Positions 52,931 through 63,659 are shown, counted from the first letter of the stretch. The stretch: DNA of 64,000 bases from Basidiobolus meristosporus CBS 931.73 (GCA_002104905.1 MCFE01000042.1:124001-188000), one strand, 5' to 3'. A program made the numbers and translations. Notes: a model not told the origin generated them from the letters alone.

Positions 52931-55348
52931 ATGATCTACAAGGAACTCCCTAAATTCGCTGCCGATGATGAGATCATCTTCGACAAAATTGATGAGCAAA
53001 CTCCAGACAACTGGATCCAGAGACATCCTAACATGATCAGACTTACTGGCAAGCATCCTTTCAACGCCGAGCCTCCTCTGACCGAACTTTACAATGACGG
53101 TTACATCACTTCGAATGCTAAGTTCTACGTGCGCAGTCACGGATTTGTTCCCAGACTTGAATGGGACACCCATACTGTGGAGGTTTGTGGCCTGGTCGAC
53201 AGACCCAGGGTCTTCACTATGGATGAATTGGCTGCCTTCCCCAAGAGACAGTTCCCTGTGACCTTCCCTTGTGCTGGCAACCGTCGTAGAGAAGTCAACA
53301 TGATTAAGCAATCTAAGGGTTTCAGTTGGGGATCCGGTGGCGTCTCTACCTCCATCTTCGGTGGTCTCATGCTAAGAGATTTGTTGCTGGCTTGTGGAGT
53401 CCAAGTTCCTACCGAGGAAGAGGATGACTGGCACGTTCACTTCGAGGGTGTTGAGATGCTTCCAAATGGTATCTACGCTACCAGTATCGCCTACTCCTAT
53501 GCCATGAATGAAGCCAATGAGGTGCTTATGGCTTATGAAATGAACGGGGTCCCCCTGCCTCCCGATCACGGTTACCCCATTAGACTTCTTGTCCCCGGAA
53601 CTATTGGTGGACGTATGGTTAAGTGGGTCAACAAGATCTTTGTCTCCAAGGTCGAATCCGACAACTGGTACCACATCTATGACAACCGTGTTGTTCCCTC
53701 CCATCTCTCTCCTGAGGAGTCAGTTGCCGGTAACTGGTGGCAGAAGATCAACTACATCATCAACCCCATCAACATCAACTCCTCCTTTGTCTATCCCGAG
53801 CACGATGAAGTTGTTCCTCTATCCCAACGCACTTACAACTGCCGTGGATACGCCTACACTGGTAACGGCAGCATGATCACCCGTGTTGAGCTCTCACTCG
53901 ACGACGGTGAATCTTGGATTTTGTGTAACATCGACCAACAGGTTCCCTCTCCCATCAGTAAGAAGTACTGGGCCTGGGCGTTGTGGTCTTACGATCTTCC
54001 ATTAGGCAAGCTGATCAGATGCAAGGAGATCATCGTACGTGCTTGGGATTCAACTCTGAACACTCAACCAGTAAATATCACCTGGAACGTGCTTGGCCAA
54101 ATGAACAACGCCTACTTCAGACTGAGGGTTGATGCCGTAGAAGATGCTAACGGCCAGGTGTCGTTCAAGTTTGTACACCCTGCTCCTACTGAGACCACCG
54201 GCTGGATGGCTGAGAAGTATGGAAGAACCCAGACCAAGGCCGTGGATGATGGCAAGCCCAAGAGCGGAAAGACATTCACTCAAGCTGAAGTCGCTAAGCA
54301 CAGAAGCCAAGATGACTGCTGGATCATCGTGAAGAAGAGAGTCTATGATATCACCAAGTTCGTAACCGAGCATCCTGGCGGTGTTGCCAGTATCATCCTC
54401 AATGCTGGTATCGACTGCACTTCTGACTTCGAGGCTGTTCACTCCTCTACCGCCCATGATATCTTGGAGAAATACTACTTGGGCGATATTGAGGGTGAAT
54501 TGAACAACGAGATCTCGGCCCTGCCTCAAGACGAAGCCGGCGAACTGGTGGCATTGTCGAACCAGTACCGCTCATTCCCATTGATTGCCAGAAGAGACTT
54601 AAGCCATGATACTCGCTTGTTCCGCTTCGAGCTACCAAGCCCTGAATACCGCTTAGGCCTGCCTGTAGGAAAGCACGTCTACCTCAAAGCAAACATCAAT
54701 GGAAAGGACGTGATCCGTGCCTATACTCCATACTCATTGGACGAAGAATTGGGTTACGTTGACCTCATTGTCAAGGTGTACTACAAGAACGTCCATCCTA
54801 AATTCCCCGAAGGCGGCTTGATGACTCAGTATCTTGACTCGCTTCAAATCGGTGAAACTGTGGGAATGAAGGGACCCGTTGGCCACTTCAAGTATGAGGG
54901 TCTTGGTAACTACGACGTTGATTTCAGTAAGTCTAGAAGACACGCTCACATCATCGGTATGATTGCTGGCGGCAGCGGAATCACTCCCATGCTTCAAGTG
55001 ATCAAGTCAGTGCTCAACAACCCATTGGACTTCACTAGACTTCATCTGCTGTATGCCAATCGTACCCCAGAGGATATTCTACTCCGTGAGGAACTTGACC
55101 AGCTTGCTGAAAAGCACTCTGAACAGCTCAAGGTGTGGTATACCGTCGATGGAGAGGCCCCCATTGACTGGGAGTATTCCGTTGGCTATGTTGACTACGA
55201 GATGTGCAAGGCGCATCTACCATCTGCCAGCAACGACAAGCGTAAAGCCATCATGTTGTTGTGTGGCCCAACTCCAATGATCCAGTATGCTTGCTTACCC
55301 GCTCTTGAGAAGATGGGCTATGATCCAGAGGCGGTTATTACTTTCTAA
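52931..55348 (+). CDS. niaD: Eukaryotic assimilatory nitrate reductase (Moco, dimerisation, cytochrome b5, FAD/NADH domains), intronless
   Basis: RLTGKHPFNAEPP, Moco cysteine in CAGNRR, PPDHGYPIRL, IGGRMVKW, HPGG heme motif, RAYTP, GGSGITP, and CGPTPM (NADH-type). Confidence 0.95.
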   Translation: MIYKELPKFAADDEIIFDKIDEQTPDNWIQRHPNMIRLTGKHPFNAEPPLTELYNDGYITSNAKFYVRSHGFVPRLEWDTHTVEVCGLVDRPRVFTMDELAAFPKRQFPVTFPCAGNRRREVNMIKQSKGFSWGSGGVSTSIFGGLMLRDLLLACGVQVPTEEEDDWHVHFEGVEMLPNGIYATSIAYSYAMNEANEVLMAYEMNGVPLPPDHGYPIRLLVPGTIGGRMVKWVNKIFVSKVESDNWYHIYDNRVVPSHLSPEESVAGNWWQKINYIINPININSSFVYPEHDEVVPLSQRTYNCRGYAYTGNGSMITRVELSLDDGESWILCNIDQQVPSPISKKYWAWALWSYDLPLGKLIRCKEIIVRAWDSTLNTQPVNITWNVLGQMNNAYFRLRVDAVEDANGQVSFKFVHPAPTETTGWMAEKYGRTQTKAVDDGKPKSGKTFTQAEVAKHRSQDDCWIIVKKRVYDITKFVTEHPGGVASIILNAGIDCTSDFEAVHSSTAHDILEKYYLGDIEGELNNEISALPQDEAGELVALSNQYRSFPLIARRDLSHDTRLFRFELPSPEYRLGLPVGKHVYLKANINGKDVIRAYTPYSLDEELGYVDLIVKVYYKNVHPKFPEGGLMTQYLDSLQIGETVGMKGPVGHFKYEGLGNYDVDFSKSRRHAHIIGMIAGGSGITPMLQVIKSVLNNPLDFTRLHLLYANRTPEDILLREELDQLAEKHSEQLKVWYTVDGEAPIDWEYSVGYVDYEMCKAHLPSASNDKRKAIMLLCGPTPMIQYACLPALEKMGYDPEAVITF

Positions 55349-56019
55349 GACTCATCATTTGTTAGATACCATTTCCCAATATAGAATATCTGTATACTAG
55401 GCCGATTAATAAACCAAATTTAGAATATCTGTGTACCAAGTATACCTAGAAGTCAGATTGGTTCTGTTGACTAATGTGGCTCATTGCACTTCTGGTGGCT
55501 TGACTTGAGTGTTATTTTCCGCAGAATGCCACTGAAATGCGGACATGACGTTCATGTTCCAGACCCAACACGAACCATGCTTTTGAACAGTATTATGGAA
55601 GAGTGTTCTTCCAGACATGGTAATTGGGGCTCCAACCCAAAAATATTTATACCAGATTCTCACAAATTAACCATTACGGTGACTATTTTTGGTAACGCAA
55701 AATATTCCTATTACTCGATAAGCAGTAGAAAATCCAGCGTGGTCTCAATGAACCAATTATTGGATGCTATCATGGCCAAATACGGGGCTGATTTGAAATT
55801 GGATTAAACTTAGAGTGCTCCGCGTTTTCATTTAGAGTGGTGTACCCAATCATCGGCCAATTTGTGAATGCTATTTTTTTATCAAGAGTATGTGGGCAAT
55901 ATATGGCCATCATCAATATCTCCCTTAGCAAAGAGAGTGTATTGTCGGAAAAACTCCTTTTTTTGATTTCCATTTCATACACTCCTCAATGCTGATTCTG
56001 CTATCAGTACAAAGTGATC

Positions 56020-56061
56020 ATGGTGCACTACCTATGGTGCACTACCTATGGTGCACTACCT
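56020..56061 (+). repeat. 14-bp perfect tandem repeat x3 (ATGGTGCACTACCT)
   Basis: Read directly. Confidence 0.9.
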
Positions 56062-56258
56062 AGTTGAGAGCCTTCGGATATATCCTTGGGTGCTTGTTAA
56101 CATCAGACAACTCTACACCATGGTTAGGATGAATTGTGAGCGGTACTTATACTTACGACCTTCTTTTAGTCACGTAAAGTTATTTTTATCGTTTCATTAT
56201 AATGAATTAGCTCAGTTTTTGATAAGATGCGAGCTTATGGTGCCTTTCTTGACTTCTA

Positions 56259-56366
56259 AAAAGAGTATGCGTTTGACCATCCTACGGTGAAAGTGCATAT
56301 TTGGTAATTCACAAAAGAGTATGCCTTTGACTATCTCATGGTGAAATTGCTCATTTGGTTATTCAC
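56259..56366 (+). repeat. 54-bp diverged tandem repeat x2
   Basis: AAAAGAGTATGC.TTTGAC.AT...GGTGAAA.TGC..ATTTGGT.ATTCAC at 56259 and 56313. Confidence 0.85.
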
Positions 56367-57985
56367 TTGCTGCATACTTGAAATAACATGAGCGATATAA
56401 TGTTCATATCCGGAATACGTTGGTGTCGGCTAGAAAAAATACCGGATAAATTGGATTCCCTCATCACGGTTGAGGTATAATGTTGCCCTCTTCATTTAAA
56501 TATAGGAAACATGGGTATACTTACACCGTGGCTGAGAGTTTACACGGTACTGTTGTAACTTGCCATCCAATAAATGATCTGGTATGTGGACGTGACAAGA
56601 AGTTCATGACAAGAAAAAATGATATCAGATGCTGACTGCAAAAGCATGATACGCTATTACAGAGTATTAGGTTGGGAATTATACACGTTTAGCCAGCCGA
56701 TTTGGAAGCTCTTAAAAGGCTTGAAACAACAATGATTTTTACTTGGCTTCAGAATATTGTCTATCATCTTGCAAGGTATCAGTGAAGGCATCCAATCATT
56801 ACATTAAGGGGATTGTAGCTACTACGTTTATTCCTAGGCTGGGGATTATATCTACCTTATTTTTGTCGCCCTCCGAGGTCTCTGTGCTTAATGGTACGAA
56901 ACATATATAGAATCACTGTTTTCACTTAATACCTTTTCATTTGTAATGCAGTTTATCAAAATTTCTGCAAAAAAATATAACCATGAGTTAATCGGAGTTG
57001 GACATAAGTTCAATCACCATATCAATTTCAGCTGGAATCCACAATGGCTGATATGCAATGCATCTCCTGGAATAAGCCGCTTCCGTCACAAATTTCTCTC
57101 AAGAGACCACCTTCCTCGCAGTCCATTGACTCCCACTCTGAGATGAGAGCGTCGAATGAGTCAAAGAGCGCATCCTGTGTATGGCTCAGCTCTGCAGCAA
57201 TAAACATCAACAAGCATTCGCAAATATAAGAGAGAATGGGTGAGCCCTACCATCAATCATACAAAGAAGACTCTCCTCCATTCCACAGGTTGCCAAAATC
57301 TAGACACGCCGGTAGTCATCCCCATGTATAGCCCCGTAGAAGCTAGGGTCTAGCACTGATCAAGCGCAAGCTAACAGTGGAGCGACGCTTAGTGGTATGA
57401 GTGAGGTGCATAGTTGTTGATACTGTTCCAGCCAATTGGGCAGAGTGTGTTTATGGCATTTTCAACAGCAGCCGCTTTGGTGTTGAAGACAGGTTTGTAA
57501 TAGCATCCTACATTAGATGCAGCTAAATCCTGCTGTTGTCTGAGATCCATTGTTATACAGCCAGCTTATATCAATTGAGTCATTAACTACCAATAGATAG
57601 GCGTGCGTTAAGGAAAGAAGTGAACGAAGCTTGTAAGCTCTGATATGGTTATTGGATTCTAGTACCGTAACTGTGTATTTGTACTTATCCAGTATTTCTC
57701 TTGAACTATCAACAAAGAGCTATAGACAACTTGGAACCTACTAAAGATCCTGTATCCAAGAATTTATAGACTGTTTTCTTACCGCTATCATACCAAATAC
57801 ACTGTGAAAGATATGACAACTTCAATAAAAGATCTCCAAGTCATACTACTGTAAAACACCCAAAAAACACTTGATTTATACATTAACACTAAACAAAGTA
57901 TTCACAACAAACAATGCAAATACAATTTTGCATCTGGATATTTACCCCTAACTAAACCAGGTTACCTCTCATTTCTCCTGATTTA

Positions 57986-58340
57986 GGGGGGGGGGAGACA
58001 GTCATCAACAGGTGAAATCTTTACTTCAGTTAAAATAGAGAATCAAGAGCTACTGTTGTAGCTTTGATGCAAGAGTGTGTAGCTGTGGTGAATTGTTAGA
58101 TAAGTTAACAAGTAGAAATGATAGCTCATCAGTGCTCAAGACACTGTTCAGTGAGAAGGGGGGTAGCAAGAGGGGTAAGAATGATTAGTCAACAACATTA
58201 ATAAGGGAACATGATACAGAATGATACACATCATAAAGGGAGTGTGCTGCTTCAGATATTGCTGCCAAAGGTCTGTCAAGTATCTCAAGTAGGCCAGCTT
58301 GGGCTCTTCTGACTGCATAATATAATTGTTGTAAGAGTCT
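57986..58340 (-). mobile_element. Diverged 5'-truncated copy (A) of the non-LTR element
   Basis: TTTA-G10-AGACAGTCATCAACAGGTGAAATC start; alignable to 58708-59050 with many substitutions; far boundary approximate. Confidence 0.85.
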
Positions 58341-58669
58341 TGGAGATACTGGAAGTGATTGGGAGGACAAGTAGATTATGTGGTTTTCACTTAATGATTT
58401 ATTGAATGTAAAAGTGGTATTTATACTTTTACCTGGTCTTGGCATTACAAACACGTAGAATAGGTTACGGAAGGTCCCAAGAACATGTGTGCAAAGTTTG
58501 GGGCTGTTTGGACAACTTTGAGAGTTTTCATGTTCTGGGCACCTGGTATTTTGGTGAAAATATTCTAAGTAAATCCCAACAATGAATTTGGTCAGTATTC
58601 TCTAGAATTTGAAGGTGATGATCTAAGTGACTAAGTTAGGTGAATATTTGGGTTGAATTACAAATTTTA

Positions 58670-58701
58670 GGGGGGGGGGGAGACAGTCACCAACAGGTGA
58701 A
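58670..58701 (-). mobile_element. Ultra-short 5'-truncated copy (B): G11 plus the 21-nt 3' terminus
   Basis: TTTTA-G11-AGACAGTCACCAACAGGTGAA, followed by GGGTTAGGG. Confidence 0.85.
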
Positions 58702-58768
58702 GGGTTAGGGGGGGGGACAGTCACCAACAGGTGAAATCTTTATTTCAGTTGAAACAAAGAAGCCAGCA

Positions 58769-61521
58769 CTACTGTTGTAGCTTTGATACAAGAGTGTGTA
58801 GCTGAGGGGAATTTGTAGGTAAGTTAATAAGAAGTGATGATAGTTCTTCAGTGCTCAAGACACTGTTCAGTGGGAAGGGGGCTAGCAAGAGAGGTAAGAA
58901 TGACTTGTGAACAACATTAATGAGGGGAATGTGATAAGGATTGATGTTCATCATAAAGGGAGTGTGCTGCTGCAGATATTGCTGCCAAAGGTCTGTCAAG
59001 TACTTCAGGTAGGCCAGCTTGGGTTTTTCTGACTGCAGAATATAGTGTGCAAACTTCTTGACTTCAGGATCTCCAAGTATAGTTCTCCAGCAGGAGCCAG
59101 GTGTTGTGTGGTGTGTTCTCTTCCAGGCCTTAATCAGTGGGTTGTTGCAGTGGTGAAGTCTGAGATATAATCTGGTTCTAAGGTAGAGAAGTCTGATCTT
59201 ATAGGGCATAAACCCAAAAGCACCAAGAATAGCATGTCTGTAGGGGCATTCAGGCAAATGAGTCACCAAGGAGGTAATGCACCATACTGCAAACTTGTCA
59301 AGCTTAGTGCAGTCTCTAGAAGTAAGAGAGAGAAGTGGTAAGCCAAATTCCAGGACAGGGAAGACAAACTGCTTGAGTAGAAGGAGGCAGCTGGGAGCTG
59401 AAGTTGTAGGAGGAGTAACAGCTAGTAGCTTGTGGAGTGCCTGTCTTGCCAGGATAATTCTCTTCTTCAGGTGTGCTCCAGAGTCTAGTCCAGTAGGAAG
59501 GAAAGGAAAGCCAAGATATGTAGCAGAAACCTGAGCAGGTAGAGTGGAGTTCTCCAGGTTGATGGGAGAGCCCAAAGGTACTGTCTTTGCAATGGAAAGC
59601 TGGAGATTATTCTTCTGCAGATACTGGTGGATGGTCTGGGAGTCTTGTTGCACATTGGAGGAGGATATTCTGATGTCATCAGCAAAGAGAGTAACCAGGC
59701 TGTCAGCTGAGAGTCTTGGGAAATCACTCAGGAAGATGGCAAACAGTATAGGACCAAGCACAGAGCCTTGAACCACTCCATTAGGAACTGAGAACACAGC
59801 TGATTGCTCACTTGGGTGCAGAATTCTTGCTTGTGGATCCAGAAACAGAGACCTGATAAAGAGGGTGAGAGAGGTACTGGAGAAGCATTGCAACTTGGAC
59901 CAAAGCAGATTTCTGTCAACTGAATCAAAGGCCTTAGTTATATCAAACAGAACAGAGGGATACTTGCACTGGAGAGAGTGATCTTGGCTAAGTATGACTG
60001 CATATTCCAAGGAGAGGCCAGGAACAAAGCCAAACTGTGCAGGATGAAACTTGAGGGAGTCAGAGTAGAGCTCCTGAGCAAGCAGAAGCTCAAACACCTT
60101 TCTGCAGGTGGGCAGCAGAGATATTGGCCTGTAGGAGCTAGGATCCAGGTGCTTTCCTTTACCCTTGTACAGTGGCAGAACATTTGCAAAGGACCATTCC
60201 TCAGGAGTAGAAAGCTGGGCTGAGCATTGCTGAAACAGTGGAAGCAGAAGTGCAGACATGGCCTTGGTACTAGTCTTCAGAAGCTCATAGGAGATTGTGT
60301 CCACACCTGGAGCAGTAGAGTTGGGAAGCCTCTTGAGCACATTATGGATTCTCCTTTGATCAAGTGCAAGTGGGATGGGCAGAGTCTTGAAGTCAGGATG
60401 AAAGCCAGGAGTTGAGTACTGCTTTGTAGAGAAGAAGATGTTAGCCAGCTGTTCTGTTGAAGGTAACTTCCTGGAAGAGGGCCTCATTGCCCTGTAGAGT
60501 CTTGATACTGTCTTGTTATAGAGTTGGAAGATTGCAGAGGCAAGGAACTCATAATATGATCCCAGAGCTGAGTATGCAGAGTGTGGTGAATTGCCTTGGA
60601 GTGGTGTATTGCTGTCAGGAGGAGTTTCTCTGTTTTTGGGTTAGGGAAACTCAGGTAGCTTTGTTGCAGGGCTGAAACAATGGATTCCCATTTTCTTGAG
60701 GTAACAGCAGTAGTCTTGCATGGCAGTGAGAGGGAGGCAGACACCAGAATCAGATGCTTCACAAAGAGCCAGGCATAGTTGAGATCATCTGGCAGAGAAA
60801 GTAGCAAACTGGCAAGCTTCAAGTAGTTCCCAAAGTCTTTCTTCTGATTCTTGGTAGCTTTGTGGGTGAGCACAGTAAGTTTTGGCAGCTTCTTCTTCAC
60901 AACTGGTTGCATAGAAAGGGACCAGGCTGGGTGGTCAGAGGCTCTGAAGGATCCTAGCTCAGCTCCAGAGAATTGCTTAACTTCATTCACAAAGTAGAGG
61001 GCAGCAGCAGAAGGGCAGATCCAGTCAACACATCTTTTCTCAGATTGAGCACCTAGTGCTAGCAGATGACTTTCTCTCAGGAAGTTCAGTAGGACTGTAG
61101 ACCTTGGCTTCATTCTTGCAGTCAGAGTAGTCTTGTTCTCCGGATGGGGAATGTTGTGATCTCCAAGCAAGATAATAGGTGTTGATATAGATTGCTGGTA
61201 TTGCTGAACATTCTGGCATATAACTTGCACTTCCTGAAGGGAGAGACTTGGAGGCAGATAGCAGAGCACCAGACTGATAGTTGGCAACTGGAGAGCAGCA
61301 CAGTAAGGGGAGTAAAGAGGAACACAGAGCTGAGGAGTATTGATGGTAGAAGAGATGAAGCAGATAGAGGAGGTATTCTTTGTTCTAGGAGTAGAAAAGC
61401 AATATAGATTAGTCAAAAGTATAGAGGGTAGCTGGACATCAATCAAACACAGGAGGGAAAATCTTGAAAGAAGTCTCTCTAGAGTTGGTCTTGATGGCTG
61501 TATGCTGTTGCAGTTAAGCAA
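58769..61521 (-). CDS. LINE ORF2: APE endonuclease plus reverse transcriptase; one apparent frameshift near 60530-60545; no in-frame ATG before the APE core
   Basis: APE: LNCNSI, CYLPP, LLGDHN, VDWI, SDH. RT: APGVD, YRPISLL, QFGF, FDITKAFDSV, GVVQGSVLGPILF, FADD. Confidence 0.9.
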
Positions 61522-61536
61522 CAGAACTTCAGGTAG

Positions 61537-63046
61537 TCAGGCAGAGGTTGTAGCTTCTTCAGAGACAGCATTGACAATGTGACCTGCAGAGTCCCAGAGC
61601 TCTTCAAATGGTGCATCACTTAAGTCAGCAAGGAGGGAAATGGCATGGTTCTTGAGGAAGTATGCCACATCATAGGAGGGTGCTTGTCTCTTGATGGCAG
61701 CAAAGAAAGACAGAATGGCAACATGGGCTGGAGGCTTGTTGAACAGTAGAGAGTCAGAGGATTCAGATTCTTCAGGCACTATCTTGAAGTCAGTTTTCAG
61801 CCAGTTAAGGTTCTTCTCCACAAAGGCAACAATTGGGTCAGCAATGTTTTGGTCTAGGATAACCTCCAGAATCTTCCCTTTTCTCCAGGCCAGGTTGACA
61901 ATTCTTGAGAGCTGAATATTGCATGCCTTGAGTGCTTTCCTGATGTTGGAAATGGGAGTCCAGGGAACTTGCTTCAAGTACACCACAGTCCAGGTAGAAG
62001 CTGGTGGTAGGTTTGCTGGGGGCTTGTAAGTCCTTCTGTGTGGCAATGGAGCTGCAGTAGTCAGATTGGAGTCCACATTCTCAGTAGAGGGTTTTCTTGA
62101 TGTGTCTTGCTGAATGGTACTGGAGCAGGATGTGCTGATAATTCTTGCTAGAACCTTGCCTGCATAAATCTGAGGTATAGCTGAGGTGACTGTATAGGTG
62201 GTGGCAGCTGGTGCAGGTGGAGAGGCAGAAACTGAAGCAGGAACTGAGGTCACCTGGGAGAAGGCAGTAGAAGCAGGTTTTCTGGGAGGAACAGAGTTCA
62301 CTATCCAGTTGTTCTGTAAAACACTGGAGTAGCTTTTCTGTGGAACAGGATCTTGCTCTTGAACAGGAACAGAAGCAGCAGGCTGGGGCTGAGCAGTAGT
62401 GGTAAGGCAGTGGCACTCCAAGGAAGCTTTTTGCAAGGCATCTCTGGCAGTTTTCAGGGCAGTGTTGGCTTCATTCTTGAGCTTCTTGCATTGGGCATCC
62501 AGTCTCTTGTTTTCAATAGTCCAGGGCAGTATTGGCAGCCTCTAAATCAGCAATTCTCTTCTCAATTGCAAGGAATCTCTGAAGAAATGCATCAGTAGAA
62601 GTGCTGGCATCTGGGAGAGCAGTGGCAGGAATAGACTCCATTGACAGTGGGCTTCTTGGAGGCAAGGAAAGTGGACTGGCAGATTCAGGCACAAAAGGAG
62701 ATATCCTGGCAGGAGGAGAAGGAGTATCCAAGGCAGTAACAGAGGCAATTCTTGTTGGTGAAGCAGCAGCAGGGGAGGCAGGCCTGTTCAGAAACTGGGC
62801 AGGAGAGAGTGCTTGAGGAGAGGGAGTCTTCAGCTTGCCAAGCATGTCTTCCATCAGAGTGATACCAATATTCCTGGTGCATTTGCAGAGAAAAGTAAGC
62901 TTCCTGAGTCTGCCAGCTCTTCCATTCCTTCTGATAGTTCCTTTGTTTCCACAGTTGGGGCAAGAAATCTTCTTGACAGACTTGTCAAAGCAATCAAGAA
63001 CCTTCCTTTCAGGTGTAGTGGGCTCCTGTTGAGGTTTTGGGTGCAT
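61537..63046 (-). CDS. LINE ORF1 (gag-like): N-terminal CxxC...CxC zinc finger, Pro/Ser linker, coiled coil and RRM-like C-terminal domain; apparent frameshift at 62521-62522
   Basis: CPNCGNKGTIRR...FLCKC; removing one base joins LEAANTAL to TIENKRLDAQCKKLKNEANTALKTARDALQK; VVYLKQVPWTPISNIRKALKACNI...KILEVIL. Confidence 0.75.
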
Positions 63047-63115
63047 ATCCAGAGTTTCAGCTTCAAATTTCAATTTTTGAGATTTTTGGGTGATTTTTGA
63101 TGGGTGGGATCAAAA

Positions 63116-63127
63116 TTAGGGTTAGGG
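63116..63127 (+). repeat. (TTAGGG)2 within the element's 5' UTR
   Basis: Read directly. Confidence 0.8.
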
Positions 63128-63270
63128 TTGCGCGCTGTGACTGCTTTTTATGATCGCAAGGTCAGAACCTAGGAAAAAATAAAAATAGTTAGTAAAGGTG
63201 ATTTAATGGATGGATGGATGGATTCGGAGTCAGATTCAATCAAAAAATCAAATCGTTGACTAATTTAAAG

Positions 63271-63305
63271 AGGGTAGGGTGTAGGGTTAGGGTTAGGGTG
63301 TAGGG
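63271..63305 (+). repeat. Telomeric/variant tract AGGGT AGGGTGT AGGGTT AGGGTT AGGGTGT AGGG between copies C and D
   Basis: Read directly. Confidence 0.9.
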
Positions 63306-63608
63306 GGGAGACAGTCACCAACAGGTGAAATCTTTATTTCAGTTGAAACAAAGAAGCCAGCGCTACTGTTGTAGCTTTGATACAAGAGTGTGTAGCTGAG
63401 GGGAATTTGTAGGTAAGTTAATAAGAAGTGATGATAGCTCTTCAGTGCTCAAGACACTGTTCAGTGGGAAGGGGGGTAGCAAGAGAGGTAAGAATGACTT
63501 GTGAACAACATTAATGAGGGGAATGTGATAAGGATTGATATTCATCATAAATGGAGTGTGCTGCTGCAGATATTGCTGCCAAAGGTCTGTCAAGTACTTC
63601 AGGTAGGC
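63303..63608 (-). mobile_element. Near-identical 5'-truncated copy (D), about 305 bp
   Basis: G6-AGACAGTCACC...TACTTCAGGTAGGC matches the 3' end of copy C with few substitutions; track ORF 63363..63593 is nearly identical to the last 76 aa of the RT ORF (one A/P change). Confidence 0.95.
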
Positions 63609-63626
63609 TTAGGGTTAGGGTGTAGG
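63609..63626 (+). repeat. Telomeric cap TTAGGGTTAGGGTGTAGG directly at the truncation point of copy D
   Basis: Read directly. Confidence 0.9.
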
Positions 63627-63659
63627 TGTTATAGTAAGGGCTAGAAAAAGGTTAGAAGA

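Larger units (their letters stand above)
58708..63270 (-). mobile_element. Apparently full-length APE-type non-LTR retrotransposon (copy C), about 4.5 kb, with ORF1 and APE-RT ORF2, a 52-nt 3'UTR and an oligo(C) tail; no LTR and no poly(A)
   Basis: Domain motifs are listed under the two ORF entries; 3' junction TTA-G9-ACAGTCACC; 5' side ends in a TAGGG-type tract at 63271-63305; 5' boundary approximate. Confidence 0.92.

Noticed and set aside
36761-55348. Bacterial contamination or chimeric contig as the source of the cluster
   Set aside because: The GFO, monooxygenase and NRPS-PKS genes all carry canonical spliceosomal introns and are contiguous with fungal genes
57030-57480. Possible WD40-like relic (ILATCG...) on the minus strand
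   Set aside because: Too short and too interrupted to support
58708-63270. LTR, DIRS or Penelope classification of the element
   Set aside because: No LTRs, protease, integrase, tyrosine recombinase or GIY-YIG; the APE plus non-LTR RT motifs are clear
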